Assembly (NCBI GenBank): GCA_039925885.1
Contig: JBDSYB010000172.1
Span: forward strand, 1 to 55,679
Source of the DNA: Verrucomicrobiota bacterium
GTDB taxonomy: Bacteria > Verrucomicrobiota > Verrucomicrobiia > Limisphaerales > CANJXF01
Reading direction: 5' to 3'
DNA: 55,679 bases
Made by a program: the position numbers and the translations under genes. Of the stretch, positions 1 through 9,006 are shown piece by piece; within the stretch, counting starts at the first letter, position 1; each line of letters begins with the position of its first letter. Below the pieces are notes generated by a model. That model did no database searches, was not told the origin of the DNA, and saw only the letters and a program-made list of their open reading frames with translations.

Positions 1-523
1 ATTCAGTAGGAATCTCTTCAACAATTTGTTCGTCGAAACAGACTCCGCATTTTGTTCCAGGAATTTCTGCGAGCAACCGGTCATAAAACCCTTTTCCCCG
101 ACCAAGGCGACGCCCCGTGAGGTCAAAGCCTACTCCAGGCACAAGCGCCAAGTCCAGATGGTTTAACAGAATCTCGGCACAACCTGCTTTGGGTTCGCGA
201 ATGCTAAATTGACCACGCTCGAAATCGGTTTCTAAATTTTTAATCTGGCGGGCGACGTAAGAATTTTCCTCGGCATCAAATCCCAGCAGAGTAACGATTT
301 TGTCCCTCGCGAGCGCTTCATGAACCAAAGGCCAAACATCTAATTCACTCGGCAACGGCGCATAAAACAAAATGACTTTTACTTTCTCCCAAACAGATTG
401 CTTCTTTAACAATTCACAAGCTTGCACCGACTGGACAACACGTTGTGCCGCAGAAATGGATTTCAACCGCGCGCGGATTTGTTCGCGTAAAGCGGCTTTG
501 GCGTTGGCGATTGGTGCGGACAT
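1..523 (-). CDS. 5-formyltetrahydrofolate cyclo-ligase, N-terminal part only (3' end lies beyond the window edge)
   Basis: Absent from the ORF track because it runs off the edge. The reverse-complement translation from the ATG (complement of 521-523) reads MSAPIANAKAALREQIRARLKSISAAQR...LALVPGVGFDLTGRRLGRGKGFYDRLLAEIPG. The PGxxFDxxGxRLGxGxGxYDR block is typical of the MTHFS/YgfA family. Confidence 0.75.
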   Translation of the reverse strand, partial: MSAPIANAKAALREQIRARLKSISAAQRVVQSVQACELLKKQSVWEKVKVILFYAPLPSELDVWPLVHEALARDKIVTLLGFDAEENSYVARQIKNLETDFERGQFSIREPKAGCAEILLNHLDLALVPGVGFDLTGRRLGRGKGFYDRLLAEIPGTKCGVCFDEQIVEEIPTE

Positions 524-549
524 GGAAAATCAAAACGGACTCCATCGCA

Positions 550-831
550 TCAGTTGAATGGCTGCTTGTAAATCTCCCGCCGGTTTCCGACGGCGATCAA
601 ATACAATTCATTTTTCTCCACATTAAATTGGTAAATGATCCGATGGTCGCCGACCCGCAACCGGAAGGCATCCACACCTTGCATCCTGTAGTGGGAAAAT
701 CCACCGAGATTTTTGCCAAGCTCATCTATCCGCCGTTGAAGCTGCTGTTGTATGGCTGGAGACAAACTAAAAAATCTGCGGTCAAACCGGGGCGAACAAA
801 CCTGCGTCGCCGCGCCGCCGGAAGAATTCAT
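550..831 (-). CDS. RelE/ParE-family type II toxin
   Basis: 93 aa. The C-terminal half FRLRVGDHRIIYQFNVEKNELYLIAVGNRREIYK matches the RelE/StbE signature (yRlRvGdyRiiY...vghRkdvY). Its start overlaps the upstream antitoxin stop by 4 nt (ATGA). Confidence 0.8.
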   Translation of the reverse strand: MNSSGGAATQVCSPRFDRRFFSLSPAIQQQLQRRIDELGKNLGGFSHYRMQGVDAFRLRVGDHRIIYQFNVEKNELYLIAVGNRREIYKQPFN

Positions 832-1013
832 GGCTTGTGGATGCGATACCGGCCTTCCGCAATGTCTTTCATCCCCGCCTCGATCTCCGTCTTGAACTCG
901 TCCTTCAGTTCCAACCGGTCTTCGAGCAGGTTCTCCAGCCAGTCCCTCAATTCCACCTGTTTATTCGGCGGAAGCAACCGAACATCCGCTTCCACTTGTT
1001 CGAGCGTCTTCAT
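828..1013 (-). CDS. Putative antitoxin (addiction-module component) paired with the RelE-like toxin
   Basis: 61-aa acidic helical ORF directly upstream of the toxin and overlapping it by 4 nt, the usual antitoxin-toxin order. The function call rests on context. Confidence 0.6.
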   Translation of the reverse strand: MKTLEQVEADVRLLPPNKQVELRDWLENLLEDRLELKDEFKTEIEAGMKDIAEGRYRIHKP

Positions 1014-1166
1014 ATCTGCGGCAGACGATACACCTTGATTTTGTTACGGTAAAGTTGCTTTAAATTGCGCCCCGGCGATCGGGCAGTGCCATTGGAAACG
1101 CGGAAACTTGGCGACGGTGGGCGGCTTGGATCAAAGGCGTTGGCGGGGTGGACAAAACGGAAGCGG

Positions 1167-1598
1167 TTAATTTTTGGAACAAACTTCTTCAAGCAGTTTC
1201 ATATCCATACGTAGCAAATAGTCGCAATGTTTTCGTAATGCTTCAGCGTAAAATTGCAAAATTGCGTCATAATTATCAGGAATCCAGCCACGCATTTCGG
1301 TAGATGGAAATGATTTCAATGATTCAGGAGCGACGTGTAGCAATATTTTGTCGAGATCAAAAGACCGTCGCGCGGCAGGACGCAATATCGTCGTATGAAC
1401 TTTAGCGAATATGACGACATCCAATTCACCCTTACCTGCACCAATCCAAATAAAAATATGCGGCCCTTCGTAGCGGACTCTGTCGTCAGAATCACCCAGT
1501 TCCGGCAGAACTTTTGGTGTGGCATTGCTACGGATGAAACCATAGTCCCGTGTCAAAAAATCAAAGTGTTTGCATATGCTTTCTGTGAAGCTGTTCAT
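1167..1598 (-). CDS. Hypothetical protein
   Basis: 143-aa ORF on the same strand as rarA. Its start overlaps the rarA stop by 4 nt, suggesting co-transcription. No motif recognised. Confidence 0.5.
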   Translation of the reverse strand: MNSFTESICKHFDFLTRDYGFIRSNATPKVLPELGDSDDRVRYEGPHIFIWIGAGKGELDVVIFAKVHTTILRPAARRSFDLDKILLHVAPESLKSFPSTEMRGWIPDNYDAILQFYAEALRKHCDYLLRMDMKLLEEVCSKN

Positions 1599-2995
1599 AA
1601 TTCTGTCGATATTCTATTTGGTTTTTTTTTCTCACGAGCTAGCTCGCTTTGCTTGCGCCAGTTGTCAAGCCGTTCCTTGATTTTCTTTTCCACGCCTTGA
1701 TCCGTTGGCTCGTAATAATGTTTGGTCGCGCCGAGATAATCCTGCGGCACGAAATGTTCGGGATGATCGTGAGCGTATTGATAGTTTTCGCCGTGCCCCA
1801 GTTTTTTTGCGCCGGCATAATGCGAGTCGCGCAAATGTTGCGGAACCGGCAGCGTGCGTCCGGCGCGAACATCTTCCAACGCCGCATCAATCGCCATGTA
1901 AGCGCTGTTGCTCTTGTTCGCCGTCGCAATGTAAATCGCCGCTTCGGCAATGGGAATGCGCGCTTCCGGCCAGCCGATAAACTCCGCCGCATTGTGCGCC
2001 GCTTGCGCGAGTATCAACGCCATCGGATCCGCCAGCCCGACATCTTCCGCCGCGCAGATCACAATTCGCCGCGTGATAAAGCGCGGGTCTTCACCGGCGT
2101 GAATCATTTTCGCCAGCCAATAAAGCGTCGCGTCGGGATCACTGCCGCGCATCGATTTGATAAACGCAGAAATCGTGTCGTAATGCGCGTCGCCATCGCC
2201 GTCATAGACAATTGCTTTTTTCTGAATGCATTGCTCGGCCACCGACAAATTGATGTGAATAAATCCGTCACTCGCGGGCGAAGTGGTGAGCGCGGCAATT
2301 TCCAAAGAATTTAAAGCTTTGCGCGCGTCACCGTCGGAAATTTTTGCCAGATGCCGCAACGCATCTTCGTCCGCGCGAATTTTTATGTGGCTCAGTCCAC
2401 GTTCTTCATCCTTCAACGCGCGTTGTAACAATTCGTAAAGATCTTCTTCCGTGAGCGATTGCAGTTCGAAAATCTGCGAGCGTGAAACGAGAGGCGAATT
2501 AACGAAGAAAAACGGATTATGCGTCGTTGCGCCAATCAACCGCACCACGCCACTTTCCACATCCGGCAAAAGAATGTCCTGCTGCGCTTTGTTGAACCGA
2601 TGAATTTCGTCGATGAATAAAATCGTGGATTGCCCAGTATTTTCCAAACGGTTTCCCGCCGCCGCCAAAACACGACGCATGTCCGCCACATTGGATTCCA
2701 CGCCGCTGAGACGCTCGAATTTATTTTTCGTCTGGTTGGCAATGATTTGCGCGAGCGAAGTTTTGCCGGTGCCGGGTGGCCCGTAAAAAATCAGCGATTG
2801 AATCCGATCCGATTCGATGGCGCGACGAAGAAGTTGTCCCGGCGCGAGAATATGTTTTTGCCCGAAATACTCATCGAGATTTTGTGGACGCATCCGGGCG
2901 GCCAGCGGACGATTGCGAAAAACTCGCGTCTCGCCTTCGGACGTTTTGGAAACGTCTGGCTCCGCGGGAGTCGCAAACAAATCACTCTCTGCCAT
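1595..2995 (-). CDS. rarA: Replication-associated recombination protein A (AAA+ ATPase)
   Basis: 466 aa. Walker A is GPPGTGKTSLAQ and Walker B is ILFIDEIHRFNKAQQD. The C-terminal MgsA block reads HYDTISAFIKSMRGSDPDATLYWLAKMIHAGEDPRFITRR. Confidence 0.9.
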   Translation of the reverse strand: MAESDLFATPAEPDVSKTSEGETRVFRNRPLAARMRPQNLDEYFGQKHILAPGQLLRRAIESDRIQSLIFYGPPGTGKTSLAQIIANQTKNKFERLSGVESNVADMRRVLAAAGNRLENTGQSTILFIDEIHRFNKAQQDILLPDVESGVVRLIGATTHNPFFFVNSPLVSRSQIFELQSLTEEDLYELLQRALKDEERGLSHIKIRADEDALRHLAKISDGDARKALNSLEIAALTTSPASDGFIHINLSVAEQCIQKKAIVYDGDGDAHYDTISAFIKSMRGSDPDATLYWLAKMIHAGEDPRFITRRIVICAAEDVGLADPMALILAQAAHNAAEFIGWPEARIPIAEAAIYIATANKSNSAYMAIDAALEDVRAGRTLPVPQHLRDSHYAGAKKLGHGENYQYAHDHPEHFVPQDYLGATKHYYEPTDQGVEKKIKERLDNWRKQSELAREKKKPNRISTEL

Positions 2996-3117
2996 GCAGA
3001 AAATTAGCAGACCAAAAAAGCAATTGCGCGAAAAGATTTGAAGGGCTGACCCATATCAAGTTTGCGCATCCAATCTACGTCGCTATTTTTTGTCCAGGAG
3101 GGATCACTGACAATAGC

Positions 3118-3273
3118 CCGGCGTTTCAACGCCGGAAAAAGATGTGATTGGCCTGAGTTCCGAAGGAACGGCTGAATGGACAAGGCTCGGCCGTCCCTGC
3201 GGGACTTTGTTTCCCTTTCAAACCCCAACCCACGGTTGAAACCGTGGGCTAGTGTCGTTTGTCCCTGCGGGAC
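3118..3273. repeat. Cluster of four short REP-like hairpins in a divergent intergenic region
   Basis: The hairpins are ccggcg-tttcaa-cgccgg (3118-3135), gtccc-tgc-gggac (3193-3205), cccacggt-tgaa-accgtggg (3229-3248) and an identical gtccctgcgggac at 3261-3273. Confidence 0.55.
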
Positions 3274-3400
3274 AAGGAAACCGAACATGGATTTGACCCG
3301 ACAAAATTGATAGGCGTCAGTCCTGATAAGTTTTGAAGTGAGTATGACAATTTACAGTCAACCCGATACACTGTAACGTTTGTAAAATTTCCGTCCACGA

Positions 3401-6400
3401 ATGTTAAAACGTAAATCCAGATGGCTTGCCCGTTTTGTGGCGATTTCGAGTGTGTTGCTTTTAGGTATCGCACACGCCGAAGTTTCGCCGTTCGGCGCCG
3501 TGCGCACGATTCTCGAATCCAAATGTATTGAGTGTCATGGCGGAAAATTTGAGCGCGCTAGTTTGAATCTTTCCACGCACGAATCACTTTTGCGCGGTGG
3601 CGAAAGTGGCTCGGCCATTGTGGCAGGCGACGCGAAAGCGAGTTTGCTCTACAAAAAAATCACCCACGCAGATGAGCCGGGTATGCCTTACAAACGGGAG
3701 AAATTGTCTGATGCCGAAATCGCACAACTCGCCAAATGGATTAACGCGGGTGCGGTTTACGAGCAGCCGTTGACCGCGAAGGCCGAAAAAATCTGGTCGC
3801 TGCAGCCGCTCAAAAAATCTGAGCCGCCAAAAACTAAAAATAAATCATGGGCGAAAACGCCGATTGATCAGTTCGTTCTCGCCAAGTTGGAAGAGAAGGG
3901 GATGGAACCATCGCCGCCGGCGGATAAGCGAACTTTGTTGCGGCGCGTCACGTTTGACTTGATTGGTTTGCCCCCCACACCAGAAGAGATGCGCGATTTC
4001 CTTTCCGACGATTCTTCAAATGCGTTTGAGAAAGTGGTGGATCGTTTGCTGGCCAGTCCGCGTTACGGTGAACGTTGGGCGCGGCATTGGCTGGACGCGG
4101 TTCATTACGCCGACACGCACGGACACGATCAGGATTTACAGCGACCCAATGCGTGGCCTTATCGCGATTATCTTATCGGAGCTTTTAACATGGACAAACC
4201 GTATGCGCGGTTCGTCGAGGAACAGCTCGCCGGAGACATTTTGTTTCCGGAAGAACCGGAGGGGATTGTGGCGACCGGATTTATTGTGGCGGGTCCCTGG
4301 GATGCGAGTTCTCAAATGTTTATCACAGACGACACCGTGGACAAAAAAATGGCGCGCAACCTGGACCGCGACGACATGGTGATGACGACGATGTCAACTT
4401 TTGTAAGCAGCACGGTGCATTGCGCGCGTTGTCACAACCACAAGTTCGACCCGATTTTGCAAAGTGAATATTATAATTTGCAGGCGGTGTTTGCCGGCGT
4501 GGATCGCGCTGATCGCCCCTACGATTTAGATCCATCGACAAACATGTTGCGGCAAACATTGCTCAGAAAAAAAACCGCGCTTGATGTGAAGGATAAGAAA
4601 TTGATCGACTCGCTACTAGTGCCGGATATGCAGGCGAAAGTTGCCGCTTGGGAAAAGACGATGCCAGACGAGAAGATGTGGACGGTTCTCGATCCGATGA
4701 GCTTTACGTCGTCAAATGGTGTCACGCTTACGAAACAAAAAGATTTTTCCATTCTAGCCAGCGGCGAGTCGCCCAAAGTGGATACATACACGATCGTTGC
4801 GAAAACGGATTTGAAGGGCGTGACCGCTGTCCGGTTGGAAGTTTTGACCGATGCGAGTCATCCGCGAAACGGCCCGGGCCGACAACCAGAGAACGGTAAT
4901 TTTCATTTGTCGGAATTTCGAGTAGCGGTTGCGCAGAAAGAAAATTTAGCTGCTCCTAAAGCGGTTTCTTTGCAAAACGCGAGTGCTGATTTCAGTCAGG
5001 ATAACTGGCCAATTGCCAAGGCGCTGGACGGCGACACCAACACGGCTTGGGGAGTTTTTCCCGAGACCGGCAAACCGCACTTGGCTGTTTTCGAGTTGAA
5101 GGAAAATCTCACTTTGGAAGAAGGCGCGACTTTAATTTTTACTTTGGAGCAATTGCATGGACGAGAGCACACGATCTTGCGGCCTAGAATTTCCGTTACG
5201 ACAGCGGCTCGCCCCGTGCGGGTTGATCCGTTGCCCGAAAATATCAAAAAAATTCTAGCTGTAGCCGCTGATCAGCGTAGCAAAGAGCAAAAAATCGAGC
5301 TAGCCGCATATTATTTGAAAGGGCAAATCGAAAAAGAGATCGCGGCGCTTCCTCCTCCTCTCTCGGTTTTCGCTGCGGCCAACGATTTCCCGCCACAAGG
5401 AAACTTCACCCCTTCAAAAATTCCCCGCCAGGTTCATTTGTTGAAGCGTGGTGATATATTGAAACTAGGTGACGCGGCAATTCCCGGCGCACTTTCTTGC
5501 GTGTCGGAAATTCCATCCCAATTCGAGTTGCCTGATCCCAACGATGAAGGCGCACGGCGCACTGCTCTCGCGAAATGGATTACAAATCCGAAAAATGTTT
5601 TGGCGTGGCGTTCCATTGTGAACCGGGTGTGGCACTATCATTTCGGCAAAGGCATTGTCGATACGCCCGGTGATTTTGGCGAAATGGGTTCCAAGCCGAC
5701 GCATCCAGAACTCCTCGACTGGCTGGCGATTTGGTTTCAGGAAAATGGCGGCTCGATGAAAAAACTGCATCGGCTGATTCTCACGAGCGCAGTTTATCAA
5801 CAGTCGTCGCAGGACAATCCTGCTTTCTCCAAAATTGATTCGGGAAATTTTTATCTCTGGCGCATGAATCGCAACCGGCTTGACGCGGAGTCGATCCGGG
5901 ACGGCGTTTTGCAAATCACCGGCAAACTGAATTTGAAAATGGGCGGCCCGCCCGTCCAACAATTTGTCCTGGAAAATCCAATTCCTTCCAACACTCCAAT
6001 TGTTGACTACAATCGTTTCGACGTGGACAAACCGGAAAATTTCCGGCGCAGCATTTACCGCTATCTTTACCGAAGCTTGCCCGATCCCTTCATGGATACG
6101 CTTGATTGCGCCGATCCTTCGCAACTTACTCCTGTGCGAAATATTTCCATGACGGCGCTTCAGGCGCTGGCGTTGTGGAACGATGCGCTCATGGTCCGGC
6201 AAAGTGAACATTTCGCGGCGCGACTGGCGGAAATGAACAGCGACCTCGAAAAACAAATCATCGCGGCGTATGACCTCGCGTTAGGACGCGCACCGAAACA
6301 CAGCGAACTGGAAGTTTTGAAAGATTATGCGAAAGAGCACGGCATGGCCAACGCGTGTAGAGTTATTTTGAACAGCAACGAATTTATTTTTGTGAACTGA
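3401..6400 (+). CDS. Planctomycete cytochrome-c domain / DUF1549 / DUF1553 (PSCyt-PSD1) family protein with signal peptide
   Basis: 999 aa. It has an N-terminal signal sequence and a CIECHGG heme-type motif. The DUF1549-like block is RVTFDLIGLPPTPEE...ERWARHWLD and CARCHNHKFDP is present. The DUF1553-like C-terminus reads NRVWHYHFGKGIV...NEFIFVN. Confidence 0.9.
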   Translation: MLKRKSRWLARFVAISSVLLLGIAHAEVSPFGAVRTILESKCIECHGGKFERASLNLSTHESLLRGGESGSAIVAGDAKASLLYKKITHADEPGMPYKREKLSDAEIAQLAKWINAGAVYEQPLTAKAEKIWSLQPLKKSEPPKTKNKSWAKTPIDQFVLAKLEEKGMEPSPPADKRTLLRRVTFDLIGLPPTPEEMRDFLSDDSSNAFEKVVDRLLASPRYGERWARHWLDAVHYADTHGHDQDLQRPNAWPYRDYLIGAFNMDKPYARFVEEQLAGDILFPEEPEGIVATGFIVAGPWDASSQMFITDDTVDKKMARNLDRDDMVMTTMSTFVSSTVHCARCHNHKFDPILQSEYYNLQAVFAGVDRADRPYDLDPSTNMLRQTLLRKKTALDVKDKKLIDSLLVPDMQAKVAAWEKTMPDEKMWTVLDPMSFTSSNGVTLTKQKDFSILASGESPKVDTYTIVAKTDLKGVTAVRLEVLTDASHPRNGPGRQPENGNFHLSEFRVAVAQKENLAAPKAVSLQNASADFSQDNWPIAKALDGDTNTAWGVFPETGKPHLAVFELKENLTLEEGATLIFTLEQLHGREHTILRPRISVTTAARPVRVDPLPENIKKILAVAADQRSKEQKIELAAYYLKGQIEKEIAALPPPLSVFAAANDFPPQGNFTPSKIPRQVHLLKRGDILKLGDAAIPGALSCVSEIPSQFELPDPNDEGARRTALAKWITNPKNVLAWRSIVNRVWHYHFGKGIVDTPGDFGEMGSKPTHPELLDWLAIWFQENGGSMKKLHRLILTSAVYQQSSQDNPAFSKIDSGNFYLWRMNRNRLDAESIRDGVLQITGKLNLKMGGPPVQQFVLENPIPSNTPIVDYNRFDVDKPENFRRSIYRYLYRSLPDPFMDTLDCADPSQLTPVRNISMTALQALALWNDALMVRQSEHFAARLAEMNSDLEKQIIAAYDLALGRAPKHSELEVLKDYAKEHGMANACRVILNSNEFIFVN

Positions 6401-6594
6401 ATTGAAATCACGAATGAACACGAAGCGATGAACAAGCAACGAAAGATCGAACAATAAACCTCCAATCCACGCGCCACTCAAATGCCAGTTTGTTTTGCAT
6501 CCGATTCGCAAAACAGAACGCCGCATGATCCGGCGTGTCTGCAGGTAAATAATTTTTGCGCGAAAGGAATGAGATTTTTGTGAATTGAACTTTT

Positions 6595-9006
6595 ATGGAA
6601 ATAGAAAAAGGAATTAATCGCCGCCGTTTTATCGGAGCCACGACGTTGTCGGCGGGAAGTTTGTTGCTCGGTTGTTCGACGCGAAAATCTTCGGACACTA
6701 AAATCTCTGCCGTTGGGGCCGCAACGGCGGGCGCAAGTTCTTTGCCGATGGGCAACGCGCCAACGCCTGTTCCTTTTCCGCATTTTCCGACGCGGCTTCA
6801 TGCCTACGTCTGGCGCAATTGGCCGCTCGTGCCGACGAAAAGATTGGCCGCAGTCATCGGCGCAACGGAAAAAGATATTTTGCGCATGGGTAAAGCAATG
6901 GGGCTTTCGCGTCCGCCGAAAATCACGCTCGACCAGCAACGCCGCTCTTACATCACGGTCATCCGGCGAAACTGGCATTTGTTGCCGTATCAACAATTGT
7001 TGCTGTTGCTCGGTTGGACAGAGGAGAAAATGGCGTTCACGTTGCGCGAAGATGATTTTCTTTTTTTAAAACTGGGCAACTCGAAACCGAAATGCAAGCC
7101 GTTGCATTTCGCGCCGCCCGACGAAGCGATGCTGCGGCAAGAGCGCGAAATTGGACGGGTCGTTCGCGAAAATTTCTCCGGCAACTTGGAAAAGAACAAC
7201 GAGCCGCTGTTTCATTTTGTTTCTGAACTTTCCAAAAAACCGCCGACTGCCAGCAAGATGCTGGCAGCACATTTACGAACCGGCGTCGAACCTCTTCGTT
7301 TTGGTTACTCCTATTTTGCGCTTTACGGCGACCCGTTGTTGGAGACGGAAACCGACCCGTATCCCGATGGTTATCTGGCGAGACTCGCCGAAGCAGGCGT
7401 CAATGGCGTATGGCTCCAAGCAGTGCTTTTCAAACTCGCGCCGTTTCCGTGGGACGAAAAACTTAGCGCGCATTACAAGACGCGTTTGGAAAATCTTCGC
7501 GCACTCGTCGAGCGCGCGGGGAAATATGGCATCGGAGTTTATTTATATTTGAATGAGCCGCGTTCGATGCCGCTGCGATTTTTTGAGACGCGTCCGCAAA
7601 TGAAAGGCGTGGTCGAGGGTGACTACGCCGCGCTCTGCACGAGTAACAAAGAAGTGCAAAATTATCTGGTCGAATCCGTGTCGTCCGTTTGTGCCGCTGT
7701 GCCGGAACTCGCGGGATTTTTCACAATCACCGGCTCGGAAAATTTGACGAACTGCTGGTCGCATCAGACTGGAAGCAAGTGTCCGCGTTGCGCAACGCGC
7801 GCGCCGAGCGAAGTGATTGCCGAGGTGAACGGATTATTTTTTGCCGGAATCAAAAAGTCCGGCAGCAAAGCGCGTTTGCTCGTCTGGGATTGGGGTTGGG
7901 CCGACGCGTGGGCGCCGGACATTATCGGTCGTCTGCCGCAAGAAGCCGCGTTGATGAGCGTCAGTGAATGGAGTCTTCCGATTCGGCGCGGCGGCATCGA
8001 AAGTCTGGTCGGCGAATATTCTATTTCCGCGATTGGCCCCGGCCCGCGCGCGCAACGCCATTGGGAACTCGCGCGCAAACGCGGACTGAAAACCATCGCG
8101 AAAATTCAAGCGGGCAATTCGTGGGAGTTGGGAGTGGTTCCTTATATTCCAGCCATTGAAAATGTCGCCCAACACGCCGCCAATCTTCGCGGCGTCGGCG
8201 TGGATGGCCTGATGCTCGCATGGACTTTGGGTGGTTATCCTTCGCCGAATCTTGAAGTGGTTGCCGAAATTTCCAGGCGCGGCGGTGAAAATTTAAATCC
8301 CGCGCAAGCGATGCAAATCGTGGCGCAACGTCGCTTTGGCCACGCGCTCGCGCCCGAAATCGTGCAAGCGTGGCACGAATTCAGCGCGGCTTTTAGCGAA
8401 TATCCCTTTCACATCGGCGTGGTTTACGTCTCACCGAAAGACACGGGGCCGTCCAATCTTTTGTGGGCGGAAGCGACGGGTTATGGCGCGACGATGGTCG
8501 GTTTTCCGTATGACGATTTGGATGCCTGGCGGGCGGTTTATCCGCCGGAAATTTTTATCGCGCAATTTGAAAAAATGGCGGATGGCTTTGAGCGCGCTCT
8601 CGCAAAATTAAAAATTTCTGCGTCGAAAATTAAATTAAAAGAAGCCGAACGCCGCGCGCTGGCGGGAGAACTAAACGTCGCCGAAGCCTCGGCGCTTCAC
8701 TTCCGCAGCGTGGCGAATCAATCTCGTTTCATCATGGCGCGTCGCGCCTTGGCTGCGGCCAAAAACGCGGAAAATGCTTTCCCTCAAATCACCGCGATTG
8801 AAAAAGTTTTGGCGGATGAAATTACTTGCGCGCGCCGACTTTTTGATATTCAGTCCCGCGATTCCCGCATCGGTTTTGAAGCATCGAATCATTATGTCTA
8901 TGTGCCGGTGGATTTGATGGAGAAAGATTTGAACTGCCAGCATCTTTTGCAAACGTGGCTTCCCGCGCAGAAGGCGAAATGGTCGAACACCAAAAAAGAT
9001 TTATGA
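6595..9006 (+). CDS. Tat-signal lipoprotein, putative clan GH-A-like glycoside hydrolase (family unassigned)
   Basis: 803 aa. NRRRFIGATTLSAGSLLLGCS is a twin-arginine motif plus lipobox. YLYLNEPRS resembles the clan GH-A acid/base NEP motif. The function is inferred only. Confidence 0.6.
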   Translation: MEIEKGINRRRFIGATTLSAGSLLLGCSTRKSSDTKISAVGAATAGASSLPMGNAPTPVPFPHFPTRLHAYVWRNWPLVPTKRLAAVIGATEKDILRMGKAMGLSRPPKITLDQQRRSYITVIRRNWHLLPYQQLLLLLGWTEEKMAFTLREDDFLFLKLGNSKPKCKPLHFAPPDEAMLRQEREIGRVVRENFSGNLEKNNEPLFHFVSELSKKPPTASKMLAAHLRTGVEPLRFGYSYFALYGDPLLETETDPYPDGYLARLAEAGVNGVWLQAVLFKLAPFPWDEKLSAHYKTRLENLRALVERAGKYGIGVYLYLNEPRSMPLRFFETRPQMKGVVEGDYAALCTSNKEVQNYLVESVSSVCAAVPELAGFFTITGSENLTNCWSHQTGSKCPRCATRAPSEVIAEVNGLFFAGIKKSGSKARLLVWDWGWADAWAPDIIGRLPQEAALMSVSEWSLPIRRGGIESLVGEYSISAIGPGPRAQRHWELARKRGLKTIAKIQAGNSWELGVVPYIPAIENVAQHAANLRGVGVDGLMLAWTLGGYPSPNLEVVAEISRRGGENLNPAQAMQIVAQRRFGHALAPEIVQAWHEFSAAFSEYPFHIGVVYVSPKDTGPSNLLWAEATGYGATMVGFPYDDLDAWRAVYPPEIFIAQFEKMADGFERALAKLKISASKIKLKEAERRALAGELNVAEASALHFRSVANQSRFIMARRALAAAKNAENAFPQITAIEKVLADEITCARRLFDIQSRDSRIGFEASNHYVYVPVDLMEKDLNCQHLLQTWLPAQKAKWSNTKKDL
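7247..7267. repeat. 21-nt REP-like palindrome lying inside the coding sequence
   Basis: The sequence ctgccagca-aga-tgctggcag is a perfect 9-bp stem with a 3-nt loop. It is read in frame as ...TASKMLAAH.... A near-identical copy lies at 21700-21720. Confidence 0.6.

Noticed and set aside
1620-1631. A homopolymer A9/T9 run inside the 3' end of rarA (encoding EKKKP), considered as a possible slippage site.
   Set aside because: The reading frame is intact and ends normally a few codons later. Nothing in the sequence indicates functional frameshifting.
3004-3473. Minus-strand ORFs 3004-3288 and 3249-3473, and plus-strand ORF 2776-3147, in the rarA/PSD1 intergenic region.
   Set aside because: They are translations of the REP-like hairpin array and of rarA antisense sequence. 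There are no coding signatures.
5465-6256. Long antisense ORFs inside confidently assigned genes. Examples are 5465-6256(-), 1649-2314(+), 12185-12826(-), 20053-20679(-), 31590-32420(-), 33248-33880(-), 48536-49138(-) and 8898-9503(-).
   Set aside because: Each lies wholly opposite a gene with clear family motifs. Their translations are Arg/Cys/His-rich with no recognisable motifs, the typical shadow-ORF pattern.
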